DNA of 63,886 nucleotides, the filler included, from Octopus bimaculoides (lineage: Eukaryota), in assembly GCF_001194135.2 (NCBI RefSeq). It is 5 parts of 5 records of this genome, joined end to end, with 100 filler letters (N's around TTAATTAATTAA, not from the genome) between each part and the next. Parts side by side here need not be neighbours in the genome. Positions count along the whole stretch, not along the records: positions 1 to 17,952 come from NC_069003.1; 4 more parts are not named here. One strand, written 5' to 3'. How positions within the stretch are numbered: the stretch's first letter is position 1; every line of letters starts with the position of its first letter. The translations under genes and the position numbers were made by a program. Below, in pieces: positions 1 to 13,229 of this stretch. The notes under the pieces are model-generated. The model was not told the DNA's origin, did no database searches, and was given only the letters and a program-made list of their open reading frames with translations.

Positions 1-59
<59 letters not shown>

Positions 60-309
60 ATATGTATATTGCTTCGAATTTGTGTGAATGCGTATAGAAC
101 AGTATATCAGTTGAATAAAGTTAAAACATTGTCAGGTTTTAACGTTTATTATTATGGTATTTTAACAAAATAAGCGCTTTCATACATGATGTACGCATCA
201 GATTTCAAATGTGTTTAACTAGTGCCTCTATTTCTTTTTTAGAAAACATATATATGCACACATATATATACATACGTATGTATGTATGTATGTATGTATG
301 TATGTGTGT

Positions 310-630
310 ATGTTATGAATCAGTTTCATTTCTGTATTTCTTGTCCATAGAGAAAGGGCTGGATTCTAACATAGATTCAAGGCTCCTTCATTGGAACTTT
401 GATCTACATCATCTAGGTATTTGTGCATATGTGTGTGTGTGTGTGCAGTATTTGGTGTTAGTGTATGCACAGATTTGTATGTTTGTTTTACGGATGCATT
501 TTTATGTATATATTTTCATGTCTAGATGCATGCATATGTATATATGTGCTAAATGTTTGGAAAGTTTTACATATCTTTACAGTTCCATCGATGGCTTGAA
601 TCTGTAGTCTTCTAATCAGCCTTTTTCTTT
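310..630 (-). mobile_element. R4/Dong-like non-LTR retrotransposon 3' end, flanked by (CATA)n
   Basis: Minus strand encodes KKRLIRRLQIQAIDGTVKICKTF plus a 3' UTR shared with the 35160 copy. (TATG)n on both sides. Confidence 0.7.
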
Positions 631-787
631 CGTATGTGTGTATGTATGTATGTATGTATGTAAAACTTGCCTTTCATGAAACAACAGTTTCAATTCTTTA
701 TATAATGATCTGATTCTCTCTAATTGTTTTCTTTTTCTCTTCTTTCCACAGATTCTGCTTGATCTATCGAACCCCCAAACCGAAACC

Positions 788-1390
788 ATGAAAATCTCTC
801 TCTTTGTGACTTCCGTATTGGCTGTTGTCTTTGTTACGCTCATCGCCGACAGCAAAGCGGTGAAAAAACACTCAACTAAATACGGGAAACAAGGCGAAGA
901 AGTTGCACATCACGGTACCGCCGTCGGCAAACACGTTGCCCACGGTGGATATCAACAACATGCTGCAAAGGGCATGAAAGGGGCCTTCAGTGTGGGCTAC
1001 CACAATCATATGGATGACCACCACGACAACTACGGACATCATGAACATCATGAGGACCACGGCAAACACAAGGACGACATGATGCAGAAATACGGAGCTA
1101 TGGCAGCCCATGCCGGCCACGCAGCTGCCGGAGGAGTTCATAAAGTGGCAGCTGCACATGGCGATTTCTTCGGCGTTCGTGGAGCCCATGCTGCTTTCGC
1201 AGGCCCTGGAGGCCCCATGATGGGATTCGGTGGTGGTTTTGGTGGTGGTCATGGTGGATTCGGTGGGGGACACGGTGGCAACGGAGGCCACGGTGAATAT
1301 GGCGGCGGTTACGGCGGTGGTTGGGGCGGTCACGGAGGCTATGGTGGTTTCGGTGGCTGGGGTGGATTTGGTGGGTATGGACATTATTAG
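788..1390 (+). CDS. Secreted His/Gly-rich low-complexity protein, 200 aa, single coding exon (candidate structural/biomaterial protein)
   Basis: Intact ORF with AACCATG start. N-terminal hydrophobic signal-peptide-like MKISLFVTSVLAVVFVTLIADS. About 26 His, no Cys, and a GGF/GGH/GGY/GGW C-terminal block. GC-richer than its flanks. A strong acceptor (long pyrimidine tract, CACAG at 747-751) lies 36 nt upstream, implying a 5' UTR intron. Confidence 0.88.
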   Translation: MKISLFVTSVLAVVFVTLIADSKAVKKHSTKYGKQGEEVAHHGTAVGKHVAHGGYQQHAAKGMKGAFSVGYHNHMDDHHDNYGHHEHHEDHGKHKDDMMQKYGAMAAHAGHAAAGGVHKVAAAHGDFFGVRGAHAAFAGPGGPMMGFGGGFGGGHGGFGGGHGGNGGHGEYGGGYGGGWGGHGGYGGFGGWGGFGGYGHY

Positions 1391-1426
1391 AGACAAAACA
1401 AAGGATAAATGACACATGCATGAACT

Positions 1427-1466
<40 letters not shown>

Positions 1467-2205
1467 NNNNNNNNNNNNNNNNNNNNNNNNNNNNNNNNNN
1501 NNNNNNNNNNNNNNNNNNNNNNNNNNNNNNNNNNNNNNNNNNNNNNATATATACAGGAACACCCGTGCTATGATATCACACCATCCTCAAAATAGATGAC
1601 GATTATGGAAACTCTAACCACTGCATTTCAAAAGCATCAACACCGACACAACAATAATAACCTCTTCCAATACTTCATGCTGTAATCTGATAAACTGATG
1701 TTGTACAATTAAAATAATTCCATTGAAACAAAGAACCGGTGTTATCTTATTAATTATTATATTGCATTATATTATATTATATTATATTATATTATATTAT
1801 ATTATATTATATTATATCACATTACTTCTATTGTATTATATTATTATATTATTATATTAAAAATATGATCGTATATTGAATTTTGCTGTTGTTGTTCCTC
1901 TTTGATACCAGCCTGTCAGGAACCACCGCTAACTCTATAATACAAATTTCCTGTTTCGAAATGATTTAGAATATAATTTTTCATCAAAATGTCATGTTAA
2001 TTTATGTTCTAAACACCAGCTTTAAAGAACGGCAAAGTTATTTTACAAAAGTCTTCATTATTTTCAAAATTAATTGACACATCGACATGGTATTTCAACC
2101 GAAATATGGTAACAAAAGAGTTAACAGCGTTCCATTTGTGACTATACAGTTTATCTACAACAACACCACCTAGAACAGCATTATCTAATGTATTCTATTA
2201 TTCTA

Positions 2206-2332
2206 CAGGATGTCCACAAAGTCTTGGTACACGGGGATTAACACATATTTTAAGAAATTATTATTTCTTATATTTAATTGTTTATATTATGATTTTATTT
2301 ACTCCATGTACTCAGACTTTGTGGACACCCTG
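2206..2332. mobile_element. Tc1/mariner-type MITE, 127 bp
   Basis: TIR CAGGRTGTCCACAAAGTCT; TA on both sides. Confidence 0.75.
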
Positions 2333-2370
2333 TATTATAAGTACAACCACAGATTATTTTTACTTGTAGG

Positions 2371-2410
<40 letters not shown>

Positions 2411-2477
2411 NNNNNNNNNNNNNNNNNNNNNNNNNNNNNNNNNNNNNNNNNNNNNNNNNNNNNNNNNNNNNNNNNNN

Positions 2478-2556
<79 letters not shown>

Positions 2557-2872
2557 ATATGTATATTTTTATGTATGTAAGTATATAATAGAATCTCCCG
2601 TCAAAGACGTCCTATAAGTATTCTCTTTTTGTGATTTGCTTATAGAGATCGAATGTATGAGTTGTACATTAGCTCATTCCCTCCATCAAATCGACGTAGT
2701 CTGGTGCATAAGTGTAGCAGACGACAGGTGTCGGAGTAATCGCAGAGCAACGTGAGATGAAGTGTTTTGTTCAAGAACACAACGCATCACTCAGTCCAGG
2801 AATCTTGTGGTCGTAATTGCAATATGTGTGTGTGTGAGAGAGAGAGAGAAAGAGAGAGAAAAAAAGAGAGAG

Positions 2873-2909
<37 letters not shown>

Positions 2910-3149
2910 CCAGTACTTTATTATATCGATCCTGGAGGAATGACAGGCAAAATTAACCTCGGACGGGATTTGAGTTCAGAACGCAAAACGTCGGAAGAAA
3001 TACCGGAAAGAATTTTTCCCCGATACTCTAACGATTCCGCTACTTACCAATGATAATGATAACGTTTCCTTTATGAGCCACAAGAACTCGAAAAGATACA
3101 AAAGTTACAAAAATTACATTTCGCCCCTCCAGCACTGAGTGATGAAAGT

Positions 3150-3620
3150 TCTTCCGAAACCAATACTTTAGCTTTTCGTAATCAAGAGAACCCACTTCAA
3201 AAGTTTTACAACCTTCCCTTGTGTATTTCTTCCACTCAGATCTTTCTAAAGCTAGCTCCTCCAAGTTCTACACATCGATTCGCAGTTCTTTTAGCTTGCC
3301 TTTCATGTAATCTTTGTACATGTTTCTTTGTCTGTGCAACGGATGTTTTCCTATACGCAGCTCTCTATAGAACACCTCGGAATCCTTTTATCTTCCATAT
3401 GAACACCATAACCAACCTAACGTATCTGAGTTGATATGGCGAGCGACTTGAAGCCTATGCATCCTGTCATTGCAAGAACTTTTGTGCAGGTGTTTTATTT
3501 TGCCACTTGATGTTGAGTAAGTGCCTCAACCATTTTTGTGAAAACGCTCAAGCAGCTGACGAAGTTCCAGTTGACAATAGAGTCATGCAAGGTAACATTT
3601 CTGATCCAACACTCCTTTCA
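3150..3620 (-). mobile_element. RTE-clade LINE 3' fragment
   Basis: EELALERSEWKKYTREGCKTFE resembles the RTE ORF C-terminus. Degenerate. Confidence 0.6.
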
Positions 3621-3639
3621 ATATTCTTTACTGTTCTAA

Positions 3640-3852
3640 AGCGACCCGCTGGCAGAATCCTTAGCAAACCGGACGGCATTTCGTCCGTCTTTACGTTCTG
3701 AATTCAAATTCCGCCAAGGTCGACTTCGCCTTGCATCCTTTCGAAGTCGATAAAATAAGTACCAGTTGAACACTGGGGAGAGGGGTCGATGTAATCGACT
3801 AGCTCCCTCCTCTGAATTTGCTGGCCTTGTGCAAAAATATGAAACCAATATT
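3640..3852 (+). mobile_element. SINE family A copy
   Basis: GCTGGCAGAA...GAGTTCAAATTCCGCC...GTCGATAAAATAAGTACCAG consensus, present more than 15 times in the window. Confidence 0.8.
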
Positions 3853-3952
3853 GTATGTTGTTCTACTTACGCATCCGTTCCAAATACATACATACATACA
3901 TACATACATGCATACATGCATACATACATACATACATTCATGCATACACACG

Positions 3953-3998
<46 letters not shown>

Positions 3999-4334
3999 TA
4001 AGCGGCTGACATTTTACAGAAAACCACTAATATGTATATTCAGAAGCACTATGGCAGGTCAGATTGACATACCAAATCGGTTTGCAATAGCATGGACAAA
4101 CCTTGTAGCCAAGAATGAAACCACTAAGTTGCCTGAAAATTACTGGTCATTGCTTGCCTAAACATTACGTACAAACCGTACAGAAACTGCTTCAAACAAT
4201 TCCTCCTTCCTCAGAGGGAGATTTTAAATAATTAACAGCAGAAGAGAATGAATATGTACATACATACATACATACATACATACATACATACATACATACA
4301 GACAGACAGACAGACAGACAGACAGATATACATG

Positions 4335-4882
4335 CATACATACATACATACATAACTTAGAAAATCCCTCTGTTATGGAATACATTCATAAACACCAACT
4401 CAAAGAATACTGGTGGAATATTCTCATCAAAACTTGTGTCAAATGTAAGCTTAATAGACCGGATATTGTTGTTTGGAACAGAAGGGGCAAAGGTATGTAC
4501 TATCATAGAGGTCAGCTGCCCCGCAGATATAAATGTCTCTTTGAAAATCAAAGTAAGAGAGGATATCTATGGACAACTGCTTCGAAACCTCCAGATTCTA
4601 TATCCAGTCTATGAATTCATATACATACCAATAATAATTGCAGCACTAAGTTTTGTTAGTAACTGCTTAAAGGAGATTCTGGATAAACTGGGATTTTCAG
4701 AAAGAGAAATTGACCGGCTGATTCATACATTACAAGTGCAATCCGTGAGTGGAACAGTAAAAATATGCAGGACTTTTCTCAAGTTCCAAATATGAATTTG
4801 TATGTGTTAACTACATCCCAAAGATGGAACCTTGTATCTTTGCTGGAGATCGGCTCCCACCTCAGTGAGAGATTTATAATAA
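4335..4882 (+). mobile_element. R4/Dong-like retrotransposon 3' fragment (restriction-like endonuclease region)
   Basis: RPDIVVWN...IIEVSCPADINV...YGQLLRNLQILYP...GTVKICRTF; PD-(D/E)xK-type motif; frameshifted; (CATA)n on both sides. Confidence 0.8.
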
Positions 4883-6545
4883 ACATACATACATACATAC
4901 ATACAAGTAGAGAATGTTGTGCAATGCTAATAAAGTAAGCGTCGTATAGCTAGTTATTCAAAACTTAAACTCAAACTCCTTCAAGAGTAGTTACAACTGA
5001 GGTTGAAAGTCGGCTATAAGAACAATCTTCGTCGAGCAAGTATGGAAGCAGAAAAGATAAACAGTAGGCGAAAAGAATGTATTTACAAGGAAAGTTTCTT
5101 ACACAAGTTTTATCTTGATTACTGATTCGAATAATCGATAACTAGTGCCTTAACCATGCATATTATGTAATGAGATGCGACAATATTGTAGGGATGTGGA
5201 CTGGAACGGATTTTGAGAGACTGGTAGAGTGAAGTCACCTTCACCAGAAGACACTGGCGAATAGCTTAGTAGACAACAGTGTTTCTAAATATGCATATAC
5301 GTAAGTATAAATGTACGTGTGTCCAATAGGCAAAGAAAGACAAGAGCAGAGGAAAATTTCTGATGAAAAGCATAAAGGGAGAGAGGAGATGAAAGTTGAA
5401 GGGGTGCTGAGAGAGAATTAATAATTAAAGACGTTAGTTAATGACAAGAAATAAAATAAAATTGGCCACAGAATTAAGAGTTAGAAAAAATTGTTATAGA
5501 GGCTAGATTGAAGGAAGAGTAGTGTCTGATTAAAAAGTGAGAGAGAGAGATATGGTTAAGCCAGACGATTTCAGCATAACATAAATCACGGTAGACAAGA
5601 GCAGGTAAGAAGATAAACTGATAAAAAGATAAAAGACGTTAAAAAGATGCGGTAATGCGCATTGTAAAGTGTGTCTGCCGCATCGAATATAAAAATAAGT
5701 CATACGGGTGGAGATAGGAGACGTGACGTCATACTGCTAAGAGACGGAAGAAAGCGGTAAACACAGGGGTAGACGCTAAAGATGAGAAATCTCTAAATGT
5801 ACCTAAATAGCGGTAATTGGAATACGAGTGTTAAGGAGGAAGTATAATAGAAAAGGGATAGAGTGGTATAGGAAGGCTTCATTAGTTCAGTCAGAACATA
5901 ATGATTTATGGTAATAACAGAAAGTTCTGCAATAGGCGTAGGAGTGGCTGTGTGGTAAGTAGCTTCCTTACCAACCGTGGAAGCACTGGTTTAGAGGATC
6001 ATATTTATGGTTATAGTGTGCGTTTAAGACTAGATCAGCACAGTAAATCCCCAGGAAACGTTTCAGGGGGCAGTTGGATACTCTCAACCCATGGAATATG
6101 AGCACAAACAACCTGGTGCGAGGTTACAAGTTTATACTGACACGATATATCAGGTTGACAGAGATAAGATTCTAATTCTGTAGTAACCTGGAATCTACAA
6201 AGAGTATTTACGTGATTCCGCAAAGTAATATTCCATAGTGAGACGCCATGCTTATGCCTTCCCCAAGAATTAGTTAAGTATTTATAAAACGGAGGAGAAT
6301 CGGTACAGTGTTTAACAAAATAACTTTCAATATTTCTCTCGACACTGAGTTCAAATCTTGCCATAGTTACCTTCAGCTTTCAACACTTTCGAGGGTCTAT
6401 ACAATAAAGTGCTATTTCCATAGCAACGAGTTGGTGGAATTTGGTAGAGTATCGAACTAGATATTTAGCAATATTTGTTCCGGTTAAGGCAGTGAACTGG
6501 TAGAATCATTTAGTGATATTTCGTCCGTCATTATGGTCTGAGTTC

Positions 6546-6849
6546 GTGGAGGCGCAATGGCCCAGTGGTTAGGGCAGCGGACTCGCGGTCATAGGATCGC
6601 GGTTTAGATTCCCAGACCGGGTGTTGTGAGTGTTTATTGAGCGAAAACACCTAAAGCTCCACGAGGCTCCGGCAGGGGATGGTGGCGAACCCTGCTGTAC
6701 TCTTTCACCACAACTTTCTCTCACTTTTACTTCCTGTTTCTGTTGTGCCTGTAATTCAAAGGGTCAGCCTTGTCACACTCTGTGTCACGCTGAATATCCC
6801 CGAGAACTACGTTAAGGGTACACGTGTCTGTGGAGTACTCAGCCACTTG
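6546..6849 (+). mobile_element. tRNA-headed SINE family B (truncated by a gap)
   Basis: A-box TGGCCCAGTGG and B-box-like GGTTTAGATTCC; near-identical to 23211-23594 in reverse. Confidence 0.85.
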
Positions 6850-7615
6850 NNNNNNNNNNNNNNNNNNNNNNNNNNNNNNNNNNNNNNNNNNNNNNNNNNN
6901 NNNNNNNNNNNNNNNNNNNNNNNNNNNNNNNNNNNNNNNNNNNNNNNNNNNNNNNNNNNNNNNNNNNNNNNNNNNNNNNNNNNNNNNNNNNNNNNNNNNN
7001 NNNNNNNNNNNNNNNNNNNNNNNNNNNNNNNNNNNNNNNNNNNNNNNNNNNNNNNNNNNNNNNNNNNNNNNNNNNNNNNNNNNNNNNNNNNNNNNNNNNN
7101 NNNNNNNNNNNNNNNNNNNNNNNNNNNNNNNNNNNNNNNNNNNNNNNNNNNNNNNNNNNNNNNNNNNNNNNNNNNNNNNNNNNNNNNNNNNNNNNNNNNN
7201 NNNNNNNNNNNNNNNNNNNNNNNNNNNNNNNNNNNNNNNNNNNNNNNNNNNNNNNNNNNNNNNNNNNNNNNNNNNNNNNNNNNNNNNNNNNNNNNNNNNN
7301 NNNNNNNNNNNNNNNNNNNNNNNNNNNNNNNNNNNNNNNNNNNNNNNNNNNNNNNNNNNNNNNNNNNNNNNNNNNNNNNNNNNNNNNNNNNNNNNNNNNN
7401 NNNNNNNNNNNNNNNNNNNNNNNNNNNNNNNNNNNNNNNNNNNNNNNNNNNNNATAATAAAGAATTACTCATTTGTTTACTTTGGCAAAGAGTAAAAACA
7501 CATCATCATGGCGAAGAAAAAGAAATAGCTACCATTAAGAATCGAACCTGTGTCGTAAACTTATGTCATGGGGATAGTCCCTATGATGTTGACAGCGTTT
7601 CTCTCTCTTTCTTTC

Positions 7616-7656
<41 letters not shown>

Positions 7657-7825
7657 ACACATACTTACATACACACAGGCACTCGCACAGACACATACAC
7701 ATATGTACGTACGTACGCTTATTCATCCCCACAGATGTACATGTATGTACATATGCCGGTATTCATGTATATGTGTATGTTTAGGCATGCAGTCAGAAAG
7801 ACATACAAAAAGAACAAGAAAGAAA

Positions 7826-7857
<32 letters not shown>

Positions 7858-8379
7858 AGAAAGGTGTGAGCAAGATAAAAATGTGCTCCATAATGCTTAC
7901 GACATGAAATCAGCTGTTGACAAGTATACGAAATGCTGTCGCCATAAGTTGGTCTAAAGTGGCTTTGACAAGACAATTCCGTTTTTCAAGGAGCGACGTC
8001 AAACAGAGTGAATTTCGGTAGCGTAAGCAATGGCACTGAAGTGGGAGCGGGGTGTAGTTCGGGTGTTTACGAAAATGTAATCAGAAACACAGAAATAGAT
8101 TGGTAAAATGGGGGGAAAAATTTAAAGAGGGCTTAATTTAAATTGTAAAACAATTATTTTCTTCTATGCCAACCAACTTTTCCTCTCTCACTTCTCTCAC
8201 TCTCTCTCTCTCTTTCTCTCCTTCTCTCTCTCTTTCTCTCCCCCTCTTTCTCTCTTTTTCCCCGTCTCTCGTACATACGTGCAGATGTGTGTGGGGGGGG
8301 AGATGCGTGTCTCTGGGTGGGTTGCGTGTGTGAGTATGTACGCGTATACATACACCTGTATATGCATGCATACATACAT

Positions 8380-8418
<39 letters not shown>

Positions 8419-8849
8419 NNNNNNNNNNNNNNNNNNNNNNNNNNNNNNNNNNNNNNNNNNNNNNNNNNNNNNNNNNNNNNNNNNNNNNNNNNNNNNNNNN
8501 NNNNNNNNNNNNNNNNNNNNNNNNNNNNNNNNNNNNNNNNNNNNNNNNNNNNNNNNNNNNNNNNNNNNNNNNNNNNNNNNNNNNNNNNNNNNNNNNNNNN
8601 NNNNNNNNNNNNNNNNNNNNNNNNNNNNNNNNNNNNNNNNNNNNNNNNNNNNNNNNNNNNNNNNNNNNNNNNNNNNNNNNNNNNNNNNNNNNNNNNNNNN
8701 NNNNNNNNNNNNNNNNNNNNNNNNNNNNNNNNNNNNNNNNNNNNNNNNNNNNNNNNNNNNNNNNNNNNNNNNNNNNNNNNNNNNNNNNNNNNNNNNNNNN
8801 NNNNNNNNNNNNNNNNNNNNNNNNNNNNNNNNNNNNNNNNNNNNNNNNN

Positions 8850-8892
<43 letters not shown>

Positions 8893-10083
8893 GCGAGAGA
8901 GAGAGAGAATATCTACAGATTTTATAAAGTAGTCGGATAGTGGGTTGCTAAATTTGTTTGTGCTTTTTTGCGTCTCTTCATTAATTTAGCAGTACATATT
9001 TTATGTACAATACAGCATGCTTCAGAAAGGCTGCAAGACATTTGAATTTCAGAAAGCCTAGCATTGTAAGAAACGACAGTATAATCACATTCATTGCGTA
9101 GGAAGAGAAAAAGCGAGTCTCCAAACGGACCGTTTCACGGTTTGCTGGCCGCTTCTCAGAGAACACGTACCTGCCCAATCAATACAATCGATAGCGCTTA
9201 ATATTATATTTTACCATTTGGTCGTAAAGCTGAGCACTGGGTCGATATAATCTGACTTACCCACTTCCTCGAATTTGAAACCAATACTTTTTACATGTTC
9301 TTACTTGTTTCAGTCATTAGACTGCGGCCATGCTGGGGCACAGCCTTCATGAATTTTACTCGAATGAATCGACCCCAGAACGTACGTACATATGTATGTA
9401 TGTATGTATGTGGGAGACATAAGTCGCTGACCGCCCATCCAGAGAAGAAGAAGAAGAAGAAGAAGATAAAAGACGGCAACGCAAGGCCCGGCAACTCCAG
9501 CCAAGACCATCACCCTCCCTGCCATGCGATCAATGCACGAGGCTGTTCCATTGCCGACTTGACCTTCTGAGCCATGTTAGGTTTAAGCATCGGCACAAGA
9601 TGAACCAAAATCGGACACGAGTGGTGCTGACGAGGGATGGCATTGTGAGTGGATTTGGTAGACGGAAACTGAAAGAAGCCCGTCGTATATATATATATAT
9701 ATATATNNNNNNNNNNNNNNNNNNNNNNNNNNNNNNNNNNNNNNNNNNNNNNNNNNNNNNNNNNNNNNNNNNNNNNNNNNNNNNNNNNNNNNNNNNNNNN
9801 NNNNNNNNNNNNNNNNNNNNNNNNNNNNNNNNNNNNNNNNNNNNNNNNNNNNNNNNNNNNNNNNNNNNNNNNNNNNNNNNNNNNNNNNNNNNNNNNNNNN
9901 NNNNNNNNNNNNNNNNNNNNNNNNNNNNNNNNNNNNNNNNNNNNNNNNNNNNNNNNNNNNNNNNNNNNNNNNNNNNNNNNNNNNNNNNNNNNNNNNNNNN
10001 NNNNNNNNNNNNNNNNNNNNNNNNNNNNNNNNNNNNNNNNNNNNNNNNNNNNNNNNNNNNNNNNNNNNNNNNNNNNNNNNNNN

Positions 10084-10236
10084 ATGCTGTTGTTGATGAT
10101 GATGATGATGATGATGATGGTGGTGGTGATGGTGATGATGATGATGATGATGACAATGATGGTGATGATGATGGTGATGATGATGATAACGGTGATGATA
10201 CTGATGATGATGATGATGGTGATGATGATGACGATG

Positions 10237-10267
<31 letters not shown>

Positions 10268-10385
10268 CGATGATGATGATGATGATGATGATGACGATGA
10301 TGATGACGATGACGATGATGATGATGATGATAACGATGACGGTGATGATGACGGTGATGATGATGATGATGATGAATGATGATGA
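10084..10385. repeat. (GAT)n/(GAC)n trinucleotide tract
   Basis: Simple repeat; produces spurious poly-D/M/I ORFs. Confidence 0.95.
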
Positions 10386-10609
10386 AGAGAGATTGTTGAT
10401 TTTTTTTTTTTTAAATAGCATTGAAAATGAATGAATAAAATTTAAAAAAAAAAGAAAAATAATTAATTAAAAGCAAATGACTGATTGAAAGAAAATAAAC
10501 ATTATTGTTTTACAAAGCAATTAAAATAGTCTAATGTCAGTGCCATGTCTAATTTGTGGTTAATAAGATTCTCCACTACTACTACTGCTGCTACGACTCC
10601 TAACCACTA

Positions 10610-10885
10610 CAAGATGCGGGCAGAAAGGTTGCCCCGACTTCAAAGCTTAATAAATAAATAAATAAATAAAAAAAAACAAACACATGAAGATACAAGAAAA
10701 AAACAACCTCTTCAATAACAAATGCATGATGCTGTCCACTCCAGGCCATGATGGGTACTATTTGAAATAGAAGAAAAAAATGGCATTTAAGGAACTTCAT
10801 AGAAATACAAAGTGTTTTCATGCATCTTCATGTGTTTGTTTTTTGTCAACCTTTGAAATCGGGGCGACCTTTCTGCCGCATCCTG
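10610..10885. mobile_element. Tc1/mariner-type MITE
   Basis: TIR of about 36 bp, CA(A/G)GATGCGGCAGAAAGGTYGCCCCGAYTTCAAAG; TA TSD. Confidence 0.75.
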
Positions 10886-10912
10886 TATTACTGCTGTTGC
10901 TACTATTACTTC

Positions 10913-10947
<35 letters not shown>

Positions 10948-11196
10948 GTGATGATCATGAAGGCAATAATAATGATGATGATGATTTCTTTTCAATATTA
11001 ATGATGGTGATCACAATGATCATGATGATATAAAGGAAACTGGAATATAGAGTAGCGCCCAGTAGAACTGTAACAAAAGGTTTGCCGCCTGGGCACAACC
11101 AGCATCATAGGCTAAGTTTTAGACAGTTGAAAACAACAGGCTGCATGTAGCAAGCCCCGCTACGCATGCAAGTTTCCGAGTTCCAACAAAGCCATG

Positions 11197-11246
<50 letters not shown>

Positions 11247-11254
11247 CCTTTCTA

Positions 11255-11597
11255 CTATAGGCACAAGGCCTGACATCCTTTGGGGAGGGGATCAGTCGAT
11301 TACATCGACCCCAGTGCTTATCTGGTACTTAATTTATCGACCCCGAAACGATGACAGGCAAAGTCGACCCCGGCGGAATTTGAACTCAGAACGTGATGAC
11401 GGACGAAATACCGCTAAGCATTTCGTCCGGCGTGCTAACGATTCTGCCAGCTCGCTACCTTTATAATAATAATAATAATAATAGTTTCAAATTTTGCCAC
11501 AACGGCAGTAATTTTAGGGGAGTGTTCAACTGGTACTTATTTTATCGACCCAGAAAGGATGAAAGGCAAAGTCGACCCCAGCGGCATTTGAACTCAG
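11255..11597 (-). mobile_element. Two tandem SINE family A copies within (ATA)n
   Basis: Reverse-complement match to the family A consensus. Confidence 0.8.
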
Positions 11598-11822
11598 CAA
11601 TTCTTATCATAGTGGGCGCATTAGGTGTGATAAAAAAATATTCAGACAAATACATAACAAAAACACCAGGACTAACAAATATATACAACATACAGAAAAT
11701 AGCACTACTAGGCACTGCAAACATCCTACATAAAACACTTTCAATACAGTAACCATAAGAGCATACCCAAGGCACACAGAGCTGTGCTCGGTAGTGTAGT
11801 GAAAGCACGTGATAAAAATAAG
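11598..11822 (+). mobile_element. Second R4/Dong-like family 3' end, followed by (TAA)n
   Basis: IIVGALGVIKKYSDKYITKTPGLTNIYNIQKIALLGTANILHKTLSIQ* resembles an RLE-element C-terminus. Confidence 0.65.
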
Positions 11823-11842
11823 AGCACCGAATAATAATAATG

Positions 11843-12392
11843 CCCGGATGCAGTACCAGGCAGTGGTTCTCATGGCATTTTGTCTTAACTGATTGGAAGT
11901 GTTATCATGTACGTTGTTTTGTCTTGGTATAAAAGATGGGCTATAGCAAATATTCAGCTCGATACAACAGATTTGCTTGTCAATTGTTTGACCTAAGCCA
12001 GTTGAGCATGTTCACTAGTGGCTGACAATATGTGCATCTCTGATCACGAGCAGAAGTAGTGGGGGAGCATCGTAGCAATGTGTTGAGAGGAATTCTTTGG
12101 GGTTTGAATAATTCACCCCAGGAAACATGGGTGTTTTGTTCATCATCCTTAAACAGACCTTATTCAGGGACCTAAGCGGGAAGGACTACTCGGCCTGAAA
12201 AAATATTCTAACTGGGCCCCACCTGAAGAGTCATGCGCTGTTTGTTTTGAAATGAGATCACCATGTCACGCACATATGGTTGTGATGCATACGTCTGGTG
12301 TACCCTTATCAGACGGGTAGTCATGATAGGTATATTGGGCATTGTACCCCAGTGTCATTTCGTTGGCATGTACTGCTCTTTCACTCAATAAT
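11843..12392. repeat. Interspersed repeat of about 550 bp bounded by (TAA)n
   Basis: Non-coding block between AAT runs, adjacent to the Dong-like fragment. Family not assigned. Confidence 0.4.
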
Positions 12393-12440
12393 AATAATCT
12401 TCAATAATAATAATAGTACATACATACATACATACACATA

Positions 12441-12659
12441 CGAGAGGGTGTTGAAAAGCCCCTGGCTTTGGGTAAAAGAAAATACAGGAGGATCGGTTAA
12501 TTACGATTTTATTGAACATATTCCCCTTTCAGACTCACTCACTTATTGCAGTGGTCCTTCAGTTTTTCTAAGCTCTGTAAAAGAACTCGGAAGTTTGGGG
12601 CCTCCAACCAGGCTTTTTGCGATACCCTTAAAGCGAGGAACTTTTCAGCATCTCCTTGC
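12441..12659. mobile_element. Mariner-type MITE
   Basis: Degenerate TIR CGAGRGGGTGYTGAAAAGYYCCTGGCTTT; TA flanks. Confidence 0.6.
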
Positions 12660-12662
12660 ATA

Positions 12663-12762
<100 letters not shown>

Positions 12763-13229
12763 TGTATATATATATATATATATATATGTGTATGTATGTA
12801 TATATATGTATGCAGGTGTGTATGTATGTATGTATGAATATATATGTTGTCTATATGTGTATATATATATATATATACACCCACACACACACATATATAC
12901 ATACATACATATATATATATATGTGCATATATATAAATATATCCATTTGTGTAGGGCTGGGGTGGGGGTGTATGTGTGCGTGTGTGGGTGATTGTTTGTA
13001 TATGTCTTTTATGATTCACAGGAATCATGAAATAAGAAGAGGTTACTAAAAAGTCTATTTAAATAATATAAAACAAAAACTGTTGAAATGAAATAAAATA
13101 AAATAAAATGCAAAATATTGCAGCGCCAATGACGTAATTTTCTGTTGACACTTCACATTTCACTTTGGCTTTAGCAGTTTGGGTTTTGTTGACAAAAATG
13201 TCATTATTCAGCAAGCCAGATGTTTATAG

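Noticed and set aside
872-1421. Antisense ORFs (181 and 107 aa) and the alternative plus-frame ORF over the His/Gly gene
   Set aside because: Shadows of a low-complexity coding strand; no signal peptide or splice context of their own.
6546-6625. tRNA gene
   Set aside because: This is the tRNA-like head of a SINE that continues into a shared body (also at 23211-23594 and 51920-51995).
6679-7869. Long ORFs such as 396 aa here, and similar ones at 8279, 9510, 35951-37177, 51334 and 55757-56614
   Set aside because: They run through N gaps and microsatellites; only the 37046-37164 piece is a real exon.
9103-9200. Exon EEKKRVSKRTVSRFAGRF following 9016-9065
   Set aside because: Would need a 36-nt intron and has a poor donor.
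10084-10434. Poly-Asp/Met/Ile ORFs
   Set aside because: Translation of a (GAT)n tract.
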